Shown here: positions 19,958 through 30,397 of the stretch, in pieces
Position numbering within the stretch: position 1 is the stretch's first letter
How the letters are laid out: every line of letters starts with the position of its first letter
Assembly: GCA_963666215.2 (NCBI GenBank)
Contig: CAXWPL010000002.1
Location: forward strand, 544,001 to 608,000
Reading direction: 5' to 3'
Source of the DNA: Acidobacteriota bacterium
GTDB lineage: Bacteria > Acidobacteriota > UBA890 > WLXD01
DNA: 64,000 bases
Made by a program: the position numbers and the translations under genes
The notes under the pieces: generated by a model
The model's input: the letters and a program-made list of their open reading frames with translations, nothing else
Told to the model about the DNA's origin: nothing
Databases searched by the model: none

Positions 19958-20991
19958 GCGCCGGAGACACGGTTGTTGCCTGGGTGATCGCCGAGCACCA
20001 GGACGGAATGTTGCACCGCGGCACCACCGAGCAAGCCGCGGCGGCCCGCCAAATGGGCGCCCGGACGGTAGGTGTTGTGTGTGCCGATCCTGCTCGTTCA
20101 GCACAGGTGGGCGAGCAGCTGGCACCGTTCGTCGACTCGATTCTGTTGCTCGAACACGACGACCTGTGCGATTATTCGCTCGACGGCTATGGGCAGGCGA
20201 TTGTGGGCGCGGCCGCTGCGGCCAGTCCTGAGAGCCAGGCCGATCATGGTGCTCAGGGTATTCAGGGCGGGGTCGCGTCACCGCAGGCGATCCTGCTGCC
20301 GCACGCGCCGCTGGGACGCGATCTCGGGCCCGCGCTAGCCGCACGTCTGGGCTCGGGGATGATCAGCGACTGCCAGGACCTCGCCTGGGATGATGGGCTC
20401 GTCGGTACGCGCTCCGTGTACCGCCGCAAGCTTTTGACTCGCGAGCGCGTGACGGGCTCGGCGCCGCATATCGCCACCTGCCAGCGGGGGGCCTTTCCAC
20501 CCCAAGCGCCGTCAAGCGACCCACCGGACGCGGGGAGCTTCGAGCGCGTGAGCGTCTCGATCAGCGATATCCGCGGACGTCAGGCGGGTGTCGAGAGTGT
20601 CGCGTCCAGCGGCGCCGGCGAGGACATCACGTCCGCCGACATCGTGGTTGCCGGCGGACGTGGGCTCGGCGACGCCGAGAAATTCGCGATCGTCTCGGAC
20701 CTCGCCGCTGCTTGCGGCGGAGTGATGGCCGCGAGTCGCCCCGTTGTCGACCAGGGCTGGGTGCCTCACGACCGCCAGGTCGGATCTTCCGGGGTCACGG
20801 TGAGACCGAAGCTGTACATCGCGCTCGGTATTTCCGGTGCTATCCAGCACATCGTCGGCATGCGCGAAAGCGACGTGATCGTTGCGGTCAACAAGGATGG
20901 GGACGCCCCGATCTTCGAGTATGCCCACTACGGGATCGTGGACGACGTCTTCAAGGTGATTCCGGCGCTGATCTCTGCGCTGAGCGACTAG
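19954..20991 (+). CDS. etfA: Electron transfer flavoprotein alpha subunit
   Basis: VVAGGRG, ASRPVVD, QVGSSG, GISGAIQH and NKDGDAPIF motifs. Confidence 0.95.
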   Translation: MSAGDTVVAWVIAEHQDGMLHRGTTEQAAAARQMGARTVGVVCADPARSAQVGEQLAPFVDSILLLEHDDLCDYSLDGYGQAIVGAAAAASPESQADHGAQGIQGGVASPQAILLPHAPLGRDLGPALAARLGSGMISDCQDLAWDDGLVGTRSVYRRKLLTRERVTGSAPHIATCQRGAFPPQAPSSDPPDAGSFERVSVSISDIRGRQAGVESVASSGAGEDITSADIVVAGGRGLGDAEKFAIVSDLAAACGGVMAASRPVVDQGWVPHDRQVGSSGVTVRPKLYIALGISGAIQHIVGMRESDVIVAVNKDGDAPIFEYAHYGIVDDVFKVIPALISALSD

Positions 20992-21020
20992 AACTGGCTG
21001 TGGCCGAGGCCGGCGCGAGC

Positions 21021-21978
21021 CTACTTCGGCGGGTCTCGATGCTGCCGTCTGTGGGGCGCGCCGCTTTGTCGACGGCGGATCGCGACCGTCAGGCCAATGA
21101 CCACAAGGACCGCTGCTGCCACCACGACCGTCTCGGCGCTGGCAGCGCGCCTTAGCCGGCTTGGCGGCGACTCGGTGACGACCGCGCGGATGAATCCGGG
21201 AACGGCGGGCGTCTCGGTGGCCCAGACGTTGGGGTCGCCATCGTCGGCCCCGGTCGCAGCGCCGTGACCTTCGGGGCTCGCCCCCGATTCTGTCCGATGC
21301 CATCGGGGGAAGCCGTCGCCGCCGTAGTGCAAACCGGCTGCAAGTTGAAGCTGCAGGCGGACCCGCGCTCCATCCTCCGGCAGAACCTCCGGAACGGGCA
21401 GCGTCCAGCGCTCCGGCGAGGCGACGCTGCCGGTCAGCAGATAGCTGATCTCGACGATCAGAGGGACGGCGCCATCCGCGTTGCCGTCGCCACCACCGAA
21501 TCGGCGAGTGTCCGCGATCCACAGCCGACGCATTGAGGGGTGGTTGTCGAGTGCGCCGATCCGCGACAGGTCGGCTCGCAGCTCGCCGCCGATACGCACC
21601 GAAAGGTCGGAGAGCGCTTGGCCGGGAAGGACTGCGAACATGACCGCGAGTGCGTTACGCGCTCGCCGCTCGTCGTTTGTTTCTGTGGCGCCGTTCGCCT
21701 TGTGGACCTCGTCAAGCCGACCAATCTCGAAAATCGCGTGGACCCTCGCTTGCAGCCCGAAGCTCGGAGCAGCTCGAACCTCCAGCCCGCGTTCCACGTC
21801 TGTCGTGGACCTGACGGGGGCCGCGCCAATCTCGATCCGCACGTCGGCAGCCAGTAACCGTCCGGTCGCCTCGAACGCGGAGCGCTGAGCGGCCGCCGCC
21901 ATCGCCGTGTCGTCCGCGATTGCGACAGCGATCGAACACAGCAGCACGACGATGCCGCAGAATCTTGCCGGTACATGC
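21021..21978 (-). CDS. Hypothetical protein with signal peptide and C-terminal TM anchor (start uncertain)
   Basis: ORF fills the gap between etfA and the M28 gene; hydrophobic N- and C-terminal segments. Confidence 0.55.
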
Positions 21979-22111
21979 ACCGGCGCAGCATTGCAGAGCC
22001 ATTGACGGGCTACAAGGCGACCGTGGCGGCCTGTGCTCAGATAGCATGTCGCCGCCGGCTGCACCGGTCGATCGATTCGTCTACTCGAGGCTACACCGGG
22101 AGTTCAAGAGC

Positions 22112-23926
22112 ATGGAATGGGCGCTGCGCACGGTTGATTCGTCGGTGGTTGATGACGGCCTGCAGTCGGTCTCGATTGACGAGCCGTGGGCGCTGATCGA
22201 GCGCTTCGCCGACTTGCATCGCGACAGTGGCAGCGAGGACGAGCGCCGCGCCGCCGAATACATGGCCGAGCGTCTACGCGCTCTGGGCCTGGATCCTGTC
22301 GTCCACGAGCCCGAGCTCTATCTCAGTGTTCCTCGCTCCTGCTCGCTCCGCATCGTCGGCGCTCCGGACATCAACCTGCACTGCAAGGTGCCGGCGTTTT
22401 CCCTTTCGACGACCACGGGAGCTCTCCGCGGCGAGCTGGTAGAGGTGAGCTCGGGAGGAGTGCACGAGACTCGCGACCTGTTCACCGCCAGCGCGACCAT
22501 CGATCGCGAACGCGTCCGCGGCAAGATAGCCCTGATCAACGGCTACCCGATGCCCAAGATCGTGCGGCAGGTGGAACAATCGGGCGCGCTCGCGGCCATC
22601 TTCGTGAATCCAGGCCACGCTCACGAGGGCATCACAACAACGATTTGGGGCACGCCGTCGCTCGCCGATCGCGGACGCCTTCCCCAGGCCACCGTCATCA
22701 GCATTCCGCAGCGCGAGGCGGGCATCCTGCGCGAGCGGATGGGCTCCGGGCCAGCGGAGGTCGAGATCGAGACCGACTTGTTTCAGGGCTGGGACGCCTG
22801 CCCACTGGTGACCGTCGAGATTCCGGGACAGAGCGACGACTTCGTACTCATCCACGGTCATTACGACTCGTGGCACGAGGGTATCGGCGACAACGCCGTC
22901 GGCGACGCCGCTCTGCTCGAAGTGGCTAGGGTTTGCAGTCAGCAGGCAGGTCGGCTGCGGCGCGGCGTGCACGTTGCCTGGTGGCCCGGTCACTCGACTG
23001 CCCGTTACGGTGGCTCAACCTGGTATGCCGACACCTTCGCGATACAGCTTCGCGACCACTGCGTAGCCCAGATCGATGTCGACTCCCCAGGTTGCCGTTG
23101 GGCCACGGCCTACGACGAGGTGATGTGGATGGCGGAGGCCGAAGGGATTTCGCGATGGTCCATTCGACGCGGTGCCGGTGAGGCAACCGAGGTGTCCGGC
23201 GTTCGTCCGTTGCGGGCTGGTGACTACTCGTTCAACAACGTCGGGCTCAGCGGCTTCTTCATGCTGCTGTCGAACATCCCAGTCGAGCTTCGCAAGTCGA
23301 AGGGCTTCTATCCCGTAGGCGGCTGCGGAGGCAACAGCGACGCCTGGCACACGGAAGGGGACGGCCTCGAGGTTGCAGATCGCGACAACCTGCTGCGAGA
23401 CATTCGCGTCTATGTTGCCGCCGTTCTCGGGCTGGCTACCGCGCGCTTCTTGCCGTTCGATCATCGCGCGGCGGTGGACGAGATCTCCCGCCACGCGGTC
23501 GAGTACGCTGCCGCCGCTGACAACCAGGTCGACCCGGAACCGGTGGTCACCGCGTGTGCTGAGCTGCGCGCCGCGATCGAGGATCTGTACGCGGGAGCCG
23601 AGCGGGCAGCGAGCGACGAGGCGGCTGGCCGAGGTATCTCTCCGGGCTCGGATGGAGGCGACAGGTCGAAGACGTTCGATCGGGCGCAGATGCGCCTTTC
23701 GCGTGATCTCGTGCCGGTGAACTACGCAGCGGCGGCACGCTTCTATCACGACCCCGCGATGGAAGTGCTGCCTCTGCCAGATCTCGCCGTGCTGCGTCAG
23801 TGGCAAGGCTTGGAGGGTGATGGCGACGGGCGCGGATTCCTTCGCGCCCAGGCGATTCGCGGCCGCAACCGCGTCGTTGACGCGCTCAAGAGGGCTCGCG
23901 AGGCGATCGCTCCTACCGCTGGCTAG
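22112..23926 (+). CDS. M28 family metallopeptidase with PA domain (start uncertain)
   Basis: HGHYDSW, GDNAVG, DVDSPG and WHT zinc-ligand motifs; RGKIAL PA domain. Confidence 0.85.
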   Translation: MEWALRTVDSSVVDDGLQSVSIDEPWALIERFADLHRDSGSEDERRAAEYMAERLRALGLDPVVHEPELYLSVPRSCSLRIVGAPDINLHCKVPAFSLSTTTGALRGELVEVSSGGVHETRDLFTASATIDRERVRGKIALINGYPMPKIVRQVEQSGALAAIFVNPGHAHEGITTTIWGTPSLADRGRLPQATVISIPQREAGILRERMGSGPAEVEIETDLFQGWDACPLVTVEIPGQSDDFVLIHGHYDSWHEGIGDNAVGDAALLEVARVCSQQAGRLRRGVHVAWWPGHSTARYGGSTWYADTFAIQLRDHCVAQIDVDSPGCRWATAYDEVMWMAEAEGISRWSIRRGAGEATEVSGVRPLRAGDYSFNNVGLSGFFMLLSNIPVELRKSKGFYPVGGCGGNSDAWHTEGDGLEVADRDNLLRDIRVYVAAVLGLATARFLPFDHRAAVDEISRHAVEYAAAADNQVDPEPVVTACAELRAAIEDLYAGAERAASDEAAGRGISPGSDGGDRSKTFDRAQMRLSRDLVPVNYAAAARFYHDPAMEVLPLPDLAVLRQWQGLEGDGDGRGFLRAQAIRGRNRVVDALKRAREAIAPTAG

Positions 23927-24946
23927 CGTCCGTGGTCCGCTGTGTTCAACGCCCTGCGTATGGCTTCGAGCGCGTTGCCGACGCCTTCCTTGGGGCCCGC
24001 GTTGATGATCGGGCCGACAATGAGGCTGGCCGGGAACCCGGGCTTGCGGGTGAGTGCAATGGTCTCGTGTTCGATGTAGAGATCCTGGGCCACCTGCTGG
24101 TAGCGCCAGATCGTCTCGAGCCGTCGCCGTCGCGCTTGAGTCGCTCGTCGGATTTACCGGGGTTGACCACCTCACGAACCCGGGTGGCGTGCCCGATCGA
24201 GTAGGCGCAGCGTCAAGGCGCCGGTAACGCACCTCGTGCTCGGTGTCCACAGTCAGGGTGATGATCTTCTTCAGCCTCACTCGCAGATACGTCAGCAGGG
24301 TAGGGGAGGTCAGCTCGGCGAGCGGCAGTGGTGAGCCGGACACCTGGCCGCGCAACCCGGACGCGACAATGTCGGGCGAAAACAGACGCTTGTAGTCGTC
24401 GTAGTCGCGCGCCAGGTCGAGCGCCCGATCGATCGACGCCATGGGGACGAGAATCGCGCCGGCCCAGTGGTGGATCAACGCGCCGTCTGGCCTGATCTCG
24501 AGGCCCTCGGGCTGGCGCGCGCCGTCCGTCCTGGCTCGGCTATCCGCTGCGGGTACTTCGCGCAGTCGTAGCCGGCGCAGAAAGATCTCCCCGCGGCGGA
24601 TCTGGGCGAACGCCTGACCTTGCTCGCGTGTCGGCAGCGACCGGATCGCCAGAAAGACGTCTGGATTCTCGACCTCGAGCTTGATCTTGGCGTAGGCCGC
24701 GGCGACATAACGCTCGTAGGTCTGGAGGATCTCAGCGCGAATCTCGGTTGCCCGAACACCTGACAGCTCGGTCAAGAGGAATCGAGCAGGTGCGCCGCGG
24801 CTGAGGGGCCTGGATCGCGGTGGCTCCCGGCGCTCGAAGGCTGCCGTCTGCAGAGGAATCAGCAGCAGACAAGAAGCCGTACGGAAGATTGAGCCGACGC
24901 GCGGCCACCGGCCAGGGCCGGCAAGGCAGTGGTGCCTAACGGTCAG
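23923..24946 (-). pseudogene. Conserved-looking secreted hypothetical protein with two frameshifts (about 24210 and 24120)
   Basis: A coherent protein is spread over three frames: ...HHWAGAILVP...EHEVRYRRLDA / AYSIGHATRVREVVNPGKSDERL / LETIWRYQQVAQDLYIEHETIALTR...*. Confidence 0.65.
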
Positions 24947-26322
24947 AGGCCGCCGCCAGCGATCTGCGCGCTGCTGGCGATCTGGCCCGACCGCAGCGCC
25001 GCAAGCCAGCGGTCGCGCTGCCGATTGAATGCCGCGCGGTCGTCAGCTGGAATCGGATCTGCCACGGGAAACTGCACCTTGATCGGGTCGACGTACTGGC
25101 CGCCCCGCATCAACGCGTAGTGCAGGTGGTAGCCGGTGGCGCTGCCCGTCTTACCGACGTAGCCGATAACGTCACCCTGCTTGATCTGAGCGCCGCGCCG
25201 CGCCTTCTCGTCGATGCGCGACAGATGCAGATAGAACGACGAATTCGATCCGCCGTGCCGGATCTTCACGTAGCGTCCCTGCTCGGGGCCGTAGCCGGCA
25301 ATCTCGATCACGCCGTCGGCCGTTGCTTGCACCGGAGTGCCGGGCCTCGCCACATAGTCGACGCCACGATGAGCGCGTGACACACCGGTGACTGGGTGCA
25401 CACGCCGGAAGCTGAAGCCCGACGAGATACGCTGGTACTTGACGGCCGACTTCAAGAAGGTGCGTCGCAGCGATTGACCATCAGGGCTGAAGTAGAATTC
25501 GCGGCCCTCGTTATCCTCGAAATGCACCGCGCGGAGCACGCGCCCGCCGGTGTGCAGCTCGGCCGCGAGCACGTCGCCGTAGCCGATGAATTCATCCTCG
25601 GCGAAGCGTTCCTCTACGACCGCGTCGAGGCGATCACCGGGTTGGATCTCGTAGTTGAAGTCGATATCCCAGCCGAAGACGTCGGCGACCGCATTGGCCA
25701 CGCTGCTGGCGCCGGCGATCGTGCGAGTCTGCTCGGCGAGCGACGCGTGGAGCGAGCCGTACACCCTGGCGGTGATGAACGCGGGTCGCGTAACAACCGG
25801 CACGATGACCTTGTCGGTGCGCCAGCTACCGAGCTCGTCGCTGACGAAGTAGGCGGTTTGCCGGTCGACCTGGTAGCGCAGCCCGGTGAGCTGATCGTCG
25901 TCATCGAAGTAAAGGTTGTAACGCTGGCCGCTCTGGATGCGCCGCATATCGATCGTCGTTGCGGCGGCGGCGACCACGGCAACGGCCATATTGGTGTCGA
26001 TTCCGTGTCGCGCCAGCTCACCCACCAGAGTGCTGCCCGACTTGAATCGATCCTCCACCATGCGGTGCGCGGAGATAGCCAGCGACTGCGGCCAAGGCTT
26101 CGGCAGGTCGGGTACTGGAACGCTCGCTCCGATGACCGGGCGGTACGGCGACACGACCGGAGTCAAGGGCGCCAGCACCAGCGCCAGCCAAGTCAGCAGC
26201 AAGGCGGAGGCGCAGAGTGCGGATGTTCGAGAGGGTAGGGAATTCAAGGATGGACCCACAAAAGAAAGTCGCAGGTTGAGGTCGCGGGCCGAGCGGATCG
26301 ACAGGCTCAGTTTCAGGCTCAA
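24943..26322 (-). CDS. M23 family peptidoglycan endopeptidase (MepM-like; start uncertain)
   Basis: HRGVDY (HxxxD) and TGYHLHY (HxH) motifs; ISSGFSFRRVHP; N-terminal TM segment. Confidence 0.92.
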   Translation of the reverse strand: MSLKLSLSIRSARDLNLRLSFVGPSLNSLPSRTSALCASALLLTWLALVLAPLTPVVSPYRPVIGASVPVPDLPKPWPQSLAISAHRMVEDRFKSGSTLVGELARHGIDTNMAVAVVAAAATTIDMRRIQSGQRYNLYFDDDDQLTGLRYQVDRQTAYFVSDELGSWRTDKVIVPVVTRPAFITARVYGSLHASLAEQTRTIAGASSVANAVADVFGWDIDFNYEIQPGDRLDAVVEERFAEDEFIGYGDVLAAELHTGGRVLRAVHFEDNEGREFYFSPDGQSLRRTFLKSAVKYQRISSGFSFRRVHPVTGVSRAHRGVDYVARPGTPVQATADGVIEIAGYGPEQGRYVKIRHGGSNSSFYLHLSRIDEKARRGAQIKQGDVIGYVGKTGSATGYHLHYALMRGGQYVDPIKVQFPVADPIPADDRAAFNRQRDRWLAALRSGQIASSAQIAGGGL

Positions 26323-26545
26323 AAGCTAGCGGCCGAAGATTGCTGGTGGAGCGGGCTCCGTAATCGGTCGGAGCGGCGAGTGTGGCGGATGCGGTGAGAA
26401 CCGAGCCAGCAAAATTATAGGCATTTCCGCCGCGGAAGCAAGAAACCGGAGGGCCAGGAACGGCCTGTGGTGCTTGTACAGAACGGCCTCGTCTTGATAC
26501 AACTACCGTGGGGCTGTCCACCGGGAGGCGAAGAATCGAAGCAAA

Positions 26546-27720
26546 ATGCTTCAGGAGCTTCGTAAAATGAGCGCCACACGACGCACTTCGCAACACCCGA
26601 ACTCTGCGCAAGCCTACCGGCGGAGCCTCGCGCTGGCCGTGCTTCTGGCGGTTGTATCGCTGGTCATTCTTCCGGCATACGCCCACAGCGGGGGCCCCTC
26701 CGCGCCGAGCGCGCTGAGGACCGTCGCTGGCCTGGCGGCACCTGAGTCCCTCCGGGGCTCTCAAACCGCCGGGGCGCCCCGAGTGTCCGGTGAGATCCTT
26801 CCACTGGAACGCTTCTCGCCAAGCCTTCTGGGCATCTACCGCAAAGTGATGGAGATCGAGGAGGAGATTCGTCAACACACCGACCGCTACGAGGTCGACT
26901 ACGAGCTCGCGCGGGCCGTGTGCATGTACGAGTCGGGTGGCAACGCCAACCTAACCTCGTGGGCTGGCGCCAAGGGCTATTTCCAGGTGATGTCGGCGAC
27001 CTTCCGCTCGCTGCGAGTGGAAACGAATATCGAAGCGGGTATCAAGTACATCGGTCAGATGGTCGACCGTTTCGAGCGCGAAGACTACGCGCTCGCGGCG
27101 TACAACGGTGGTCCTACGAATGTCGGCCGAGGTCGGGCGATGCGGCTCGAGTCGCTGCAGTACGTTCTGGGCGTCGGGCACTTCCGAACGCTTTTGAAGC
27201 TGCACGAGCCTTCGATTCGGTTCCACGCGAGCCGCCTGCGTCTCACAACCGTTCAAGACGGTGAAGACTGGTGGGCTCTGGCGGAGCGGCTGCAGATGCC
27301 GCTGCTGCAGCTACGACTGCACAATCCCTACCTGGCGCGACGTCAGCCACGCGCGGGGCAGCTGGTGGCCGTGCCAGCGGCGGCGCGAGAAGACCTGTTC
27401 GTCGCGGAAGGCGACGGGTTGGTCTACACGACGCGCCTCGGCGACAACTACTTCAATGTTGCCTTCACGCTCGACGCCGATCTTGACGAGATGCGAGCGC
27501 AGAACGAGCTCTGGCACCTGCAGACTCTGCCGGTGGGCATGCAACTCCGGATTCCGCTGTCGTGGGAGGGCGAGCACACTGTGTATCGGGTTCAGCAGGG
27601 CGACACGGTTGGACGCGTTGCGGAGACACAGAGCTCGGACCCCAGAGCGTCAACAGCATGGGTCGGCGTACCGTGATTCAGGTGGGCGAGCAGCTGCGGA
27701 TCCCGACGGTCGCTGAATAG
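26546..27720 (+). CDS. Lytic transglycosylase (SLT) with LysM repeats; last LysM frameshifted at about 27642
   Basis: ESGG, GAKGYFQVM and ALAAYNGG SLT motifs; the LysM YRVQQGDT continues in another frame as QSVNSMGRRTVIQVGEQLRIP* (27643-27720). Confidence 0.8.
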
Positions 27721-27747
27721 GTCCGTTCTTGCCGGTTTCCCGCCTCG

Positions 27748-27775
27748 TATCATGATAACGAATCTTATGGAAACT
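27748..27775 (+). other. dif-like XerC/XerD recombination site
   Basis: TATCATGATAA-CGAATC-TTATGGAAACT: 11-6-11 layout with the ATAA-N6-TTATG core, in an AT-rich intergenic island where gene orientation and KOPS-like motifs converge. Confidence 0.7.
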
Positions 27776-27834
27776 AATCGCGCAATGATGGAAGAATTGA
27801 GCTCGGTGATTTGCGGCGCGCTCAGTCTCCATAA
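27765..27834. repeat. 19-bp imperfect inverted repeat containing XerD-like arms
   Basis: TTATGGAAACTAATCGCGC (27765-27783) versus the reverse complement of 27816-27834, TTATGGAGACTGAGCGCGC; 16/19 identical. Confidence 0.8.
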
Positions 27835-27918
27835 CATTGCTGGATTTAACATTTGCGCTCTTGGTCTCCGGCTATCTTGCCGACACCGTCTGCGGCTCGG
27901 GAAGGTTCTGGAGCTGGA

Positions 27919-29454
27919 TTGACGACAGCGCGCCGACAGCGCTCGGTGCGCCTCACGGGCCTGTGCCTGGTTCTTGGGGTTGGGGTGTTCTTCGCTGCTT
28001 TGCGCTCCGAAGCTGGCGACGTTGCGCTCGGGCACCAGCAACCTCCGCGAACGATCGACGAGCGCTCCCGGCGCTCAGTGCCGCCGATGTTTGGGGGTAT
28101 CCAGGTCAACGAACCGGATCACGATCGTTGGGCGGCGGCGCTTCGCGACGATGGGCTGGACGCGGTCCAGGTGACGCTTTACGCCCGCCAGCAGGAATGG
28201 GACACCGGCGAGCTGCATTGGGATCGCGACGCGCCCTGGGTCGTCTCAGAGATCCGTGCGGCGCGGCGAGCGGGCTTGCGGACGATGTTGGTGATGCGTG
28301 TGGCCCTCGAGCATGGGCGGGCTGAGAACCGGCATCTCTGGCACGGGATGATTTGGCCGCGCGCCGAGGAATTGGAGGGCTGGTTCGCGAACTACCGCGA
28401 GTTTGTGCTCTGGGGGGCTGCGATTGCGGCGGCTGAGGGCGTCGACCTGTTTGTTCTGGGCAACGAGCTCAGCTCGATGACGTCGACAACGCGACTTCTG
28501 GAGCTTCCTGAGCTGTATGCCTACTACCTCGACCCCGAGCGCACCGGGCGCGTGCGTAGCGAGCTCGTACAATGCGCAGACCGCGTGCTGGCAGACGGTG
28601 CCGGGGCCGACCTGCTCCAGCTCGACGGCGGCCGCTACGCCGACCTCGACGAGATGCTGCTGGCGGAGGAGACGCGCCATCGGGAGTGGACGTCGACCGT
28701 CGTCAACGGCGGTGATGGACAGGTCGATCTGCGGGCGCTCAACGCCAGGCGTGCGGAGTATCAGCGTTTCTGGGTTGATCTCGCTGCCGAAGTGGGCGCC
28801 CATTTCCTCGGGCCTATTAGCTACGGTGCCAACTTCGATCAGTTCGAGGAGGTTGGCTTCTGGGATGTGCTCGACGCCGTGGCGCTCAATGCCTACTTCC
28901 CGTTGGGACTACTCAACCTCGAGAACAAAACCAGGAGCCAGGTGCTCGATCGTGCGCTCGAGAGGTCTTGGCTTGATGTTGTCGCGCGAGTCCGCGGGGT
29001 GGCCGGCGCCGATCCTCTGCCGGTGCTGTTCGTCGAGCTCGGTTGGACCCGCAAGCTCGGGGCGACGGTGCGACCCTATGCCTACTCTCGAGTCGAGGTC
29101 CTGGAGACCTATTCGGAGGTCGGGATGCCAGGGGAGTCGGACCTAGAAGGTGATGGCACGGGAGCTCGTCTCCCCTACCCGCTGACTTGCGTGCACTGGG
29201 CGACCCAGCCCGAGAGCCCAACGGAGCGTGTCGCGGCGATGCGGGCTCTCGAGCGCGTTGTGCTCGACGGGGCGTTCAACGAGTTGCGAGGGTTCTCATT
29301 GTGGAAACTGACGACCCGGCCGCAACACCGTGAGATCGAGCCTTTCGCCGTGGTGCTCGGCGAACCGGGCCCGGACGCCGCGTTGCTCGACTCCGCGACC
29401 AGCATCTCCGCGAGCGTGCGCGAGCGGTACGGCGGCTGGCATAATCCCCGCTAG
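27919..29454 (+). CDS. GH113-like (clan GH-A TIM barrel) glycoside hydrolase, membrane-anchored or secreted
   Basis: LGNEL acid/base motif, YGANFD, NAYFPL and FVELGW nucleophile motif; N-terminal hydrophobic helix. Confidence 0.7.
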   Translation: MTTARRQRSVRLTGLCLVLGVGVFFAALRSEAGDVALGHQQPPRTIDERSRRSVPPMFGGIQVNEPDHDRWAAALRDDGLDAVQVTLYARQQEWDTGELHWDRDAPWVVSEIRAARRAGLRTMLVMRVALEHGRAENRHLWHGMIWPRAEELEGWFANYREFVLWGAAIAAAEGVDLFVLGNELSSMTSTTRLLELPELYAYYLDPERTGRVRSELVQCADRVLADGAGADLLQLDGGRYADLDEMLLAEETRHREWTSTVVNGGDGQVDLRALNARRAEYQRFWVDLAAEVGAHFLGPISYGANFDQFEEVGFWDVLDAVALNAYFPLGLLNLENKTRSQVLDRALERSWLDVVARVRGVAGADPLPVLFVELGWTRKLGATVRPYAYSRVEVLETYSEVGMPGESDLEGDGTGARLPYPLTCVHWATQPESPTERVAAMRALERVVLDGAFNELRGFSLWKLTTRPQHREIEPFAVVLGEPGPDAALLDSATSISASVRERYGGWHNPR

Positions 29455-29507
29455 GCTGGTCGATCGCCTCCTCTTTCTGCTCCCAAGAACCACGATCGGG
29501 TCTCTCG

Positions 29508-30110
29508 ATGTCTGTGCAAACCCCTCCCGCCGCGCCGCGCTCCTCGCGCCCTCTCCGTTCTCCTCGGCCTCTGCGCGCTGACGCTGGAACCCGATCTGTC
29601 GGCCTCTGCGAGATTCTCATGGCGCTCGCCGGGGCTGGCGCCTTGCTGTCGCTAGTTGTGGCACCGGAGTCGACTGTCTTGGCCTCTCAGGATGCGACTG
29701 CTGCGGTCGACGGATCGAGGACCGTTGCTCCCGCACCGCCTGTTGTATGGCCGCCTGCGATTCAGGAGCAGGACGGATCGACTGGCGAGAGTGTCGACGC
29801 CGAGCTTCTCGAGAAGGGCCGCGAGTTGTACGCCAGCCAGTGCCTTCCTTGTCACGGACGCGAGGGGCAAGGAGACGGCCCCGCCGCCAGATTTCTCGAT
29901 CCAAAGCCACGCAACCTCACCGACGGCGATTGGCTGTACGCCGAGGGCGGTACGGTGGAGGCCATCGCAGGCGTGATCGCCGCAGGCATCGACGACACCA
30001 GCATGGAACCATTCGCAGAGCTCATGACGGAAGAGGAGATCATCGCGGTAGCCACCTTCGTGCGCGAGGTCATCGCGGCACCTGCGGCAACGGAAGGGAG
30101 CTCCCGCTGA
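29508..30110 (+). CDS. Monoheme cytochrome c
   Basis: CLPCHG heme motif, GDGPAA...PRNLT, distal Met in TSMEPF; signal/TM segment. Confidence 0.88.
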   Translation: MSVQTPPAAPRSSRPLRSPRPLRADAGTRSVGLCEILMALAGAGALLSLVVAPESTVLASQDATAAVDGSRTVAPAPPVVWPPAIQEQDGSTGESVDAELLEKGRELYASQCLPCHGREGQGDGPAARFLDPKPRNLTDGDWLYAEGGTVEAIAGVIAAGIDDTSMEPFAELMTEEEIIAVATFVREVIAAPAATEGSSR

Positions 30111-30397
30111 CCGCGATTGAAGCCACCGACAGACCGGCCGTGGCCGTTTGAGCTTGACAGCGCCGCTGTTTGGCTACAACAATGATCGAGTTGCCAGGCG
30201 CGGTTCACCCGCCGCGGTCCGGTTGATGCGGATCGAAGGCAGGCGACAAACGCTCACCCTCGCGCGCCGGCATGCTCTCCCGTCGACCTCCTTTGTTGGT
30301 CGCGGAGCGTTTTCTCTCCCATGCGTGCCCTACGTCCGAGTTCGGCGATAGGTTGACTCGCGGCTCGCGCTAGCAACAACCAGGGATTTCATCATCG

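Noticed and set aside
23015-24775. 586-aa ORF as a single gene
   Set aside because: Only the first ~190 aa look real; the rest is frameshift read-through antisense to the M28 gene.
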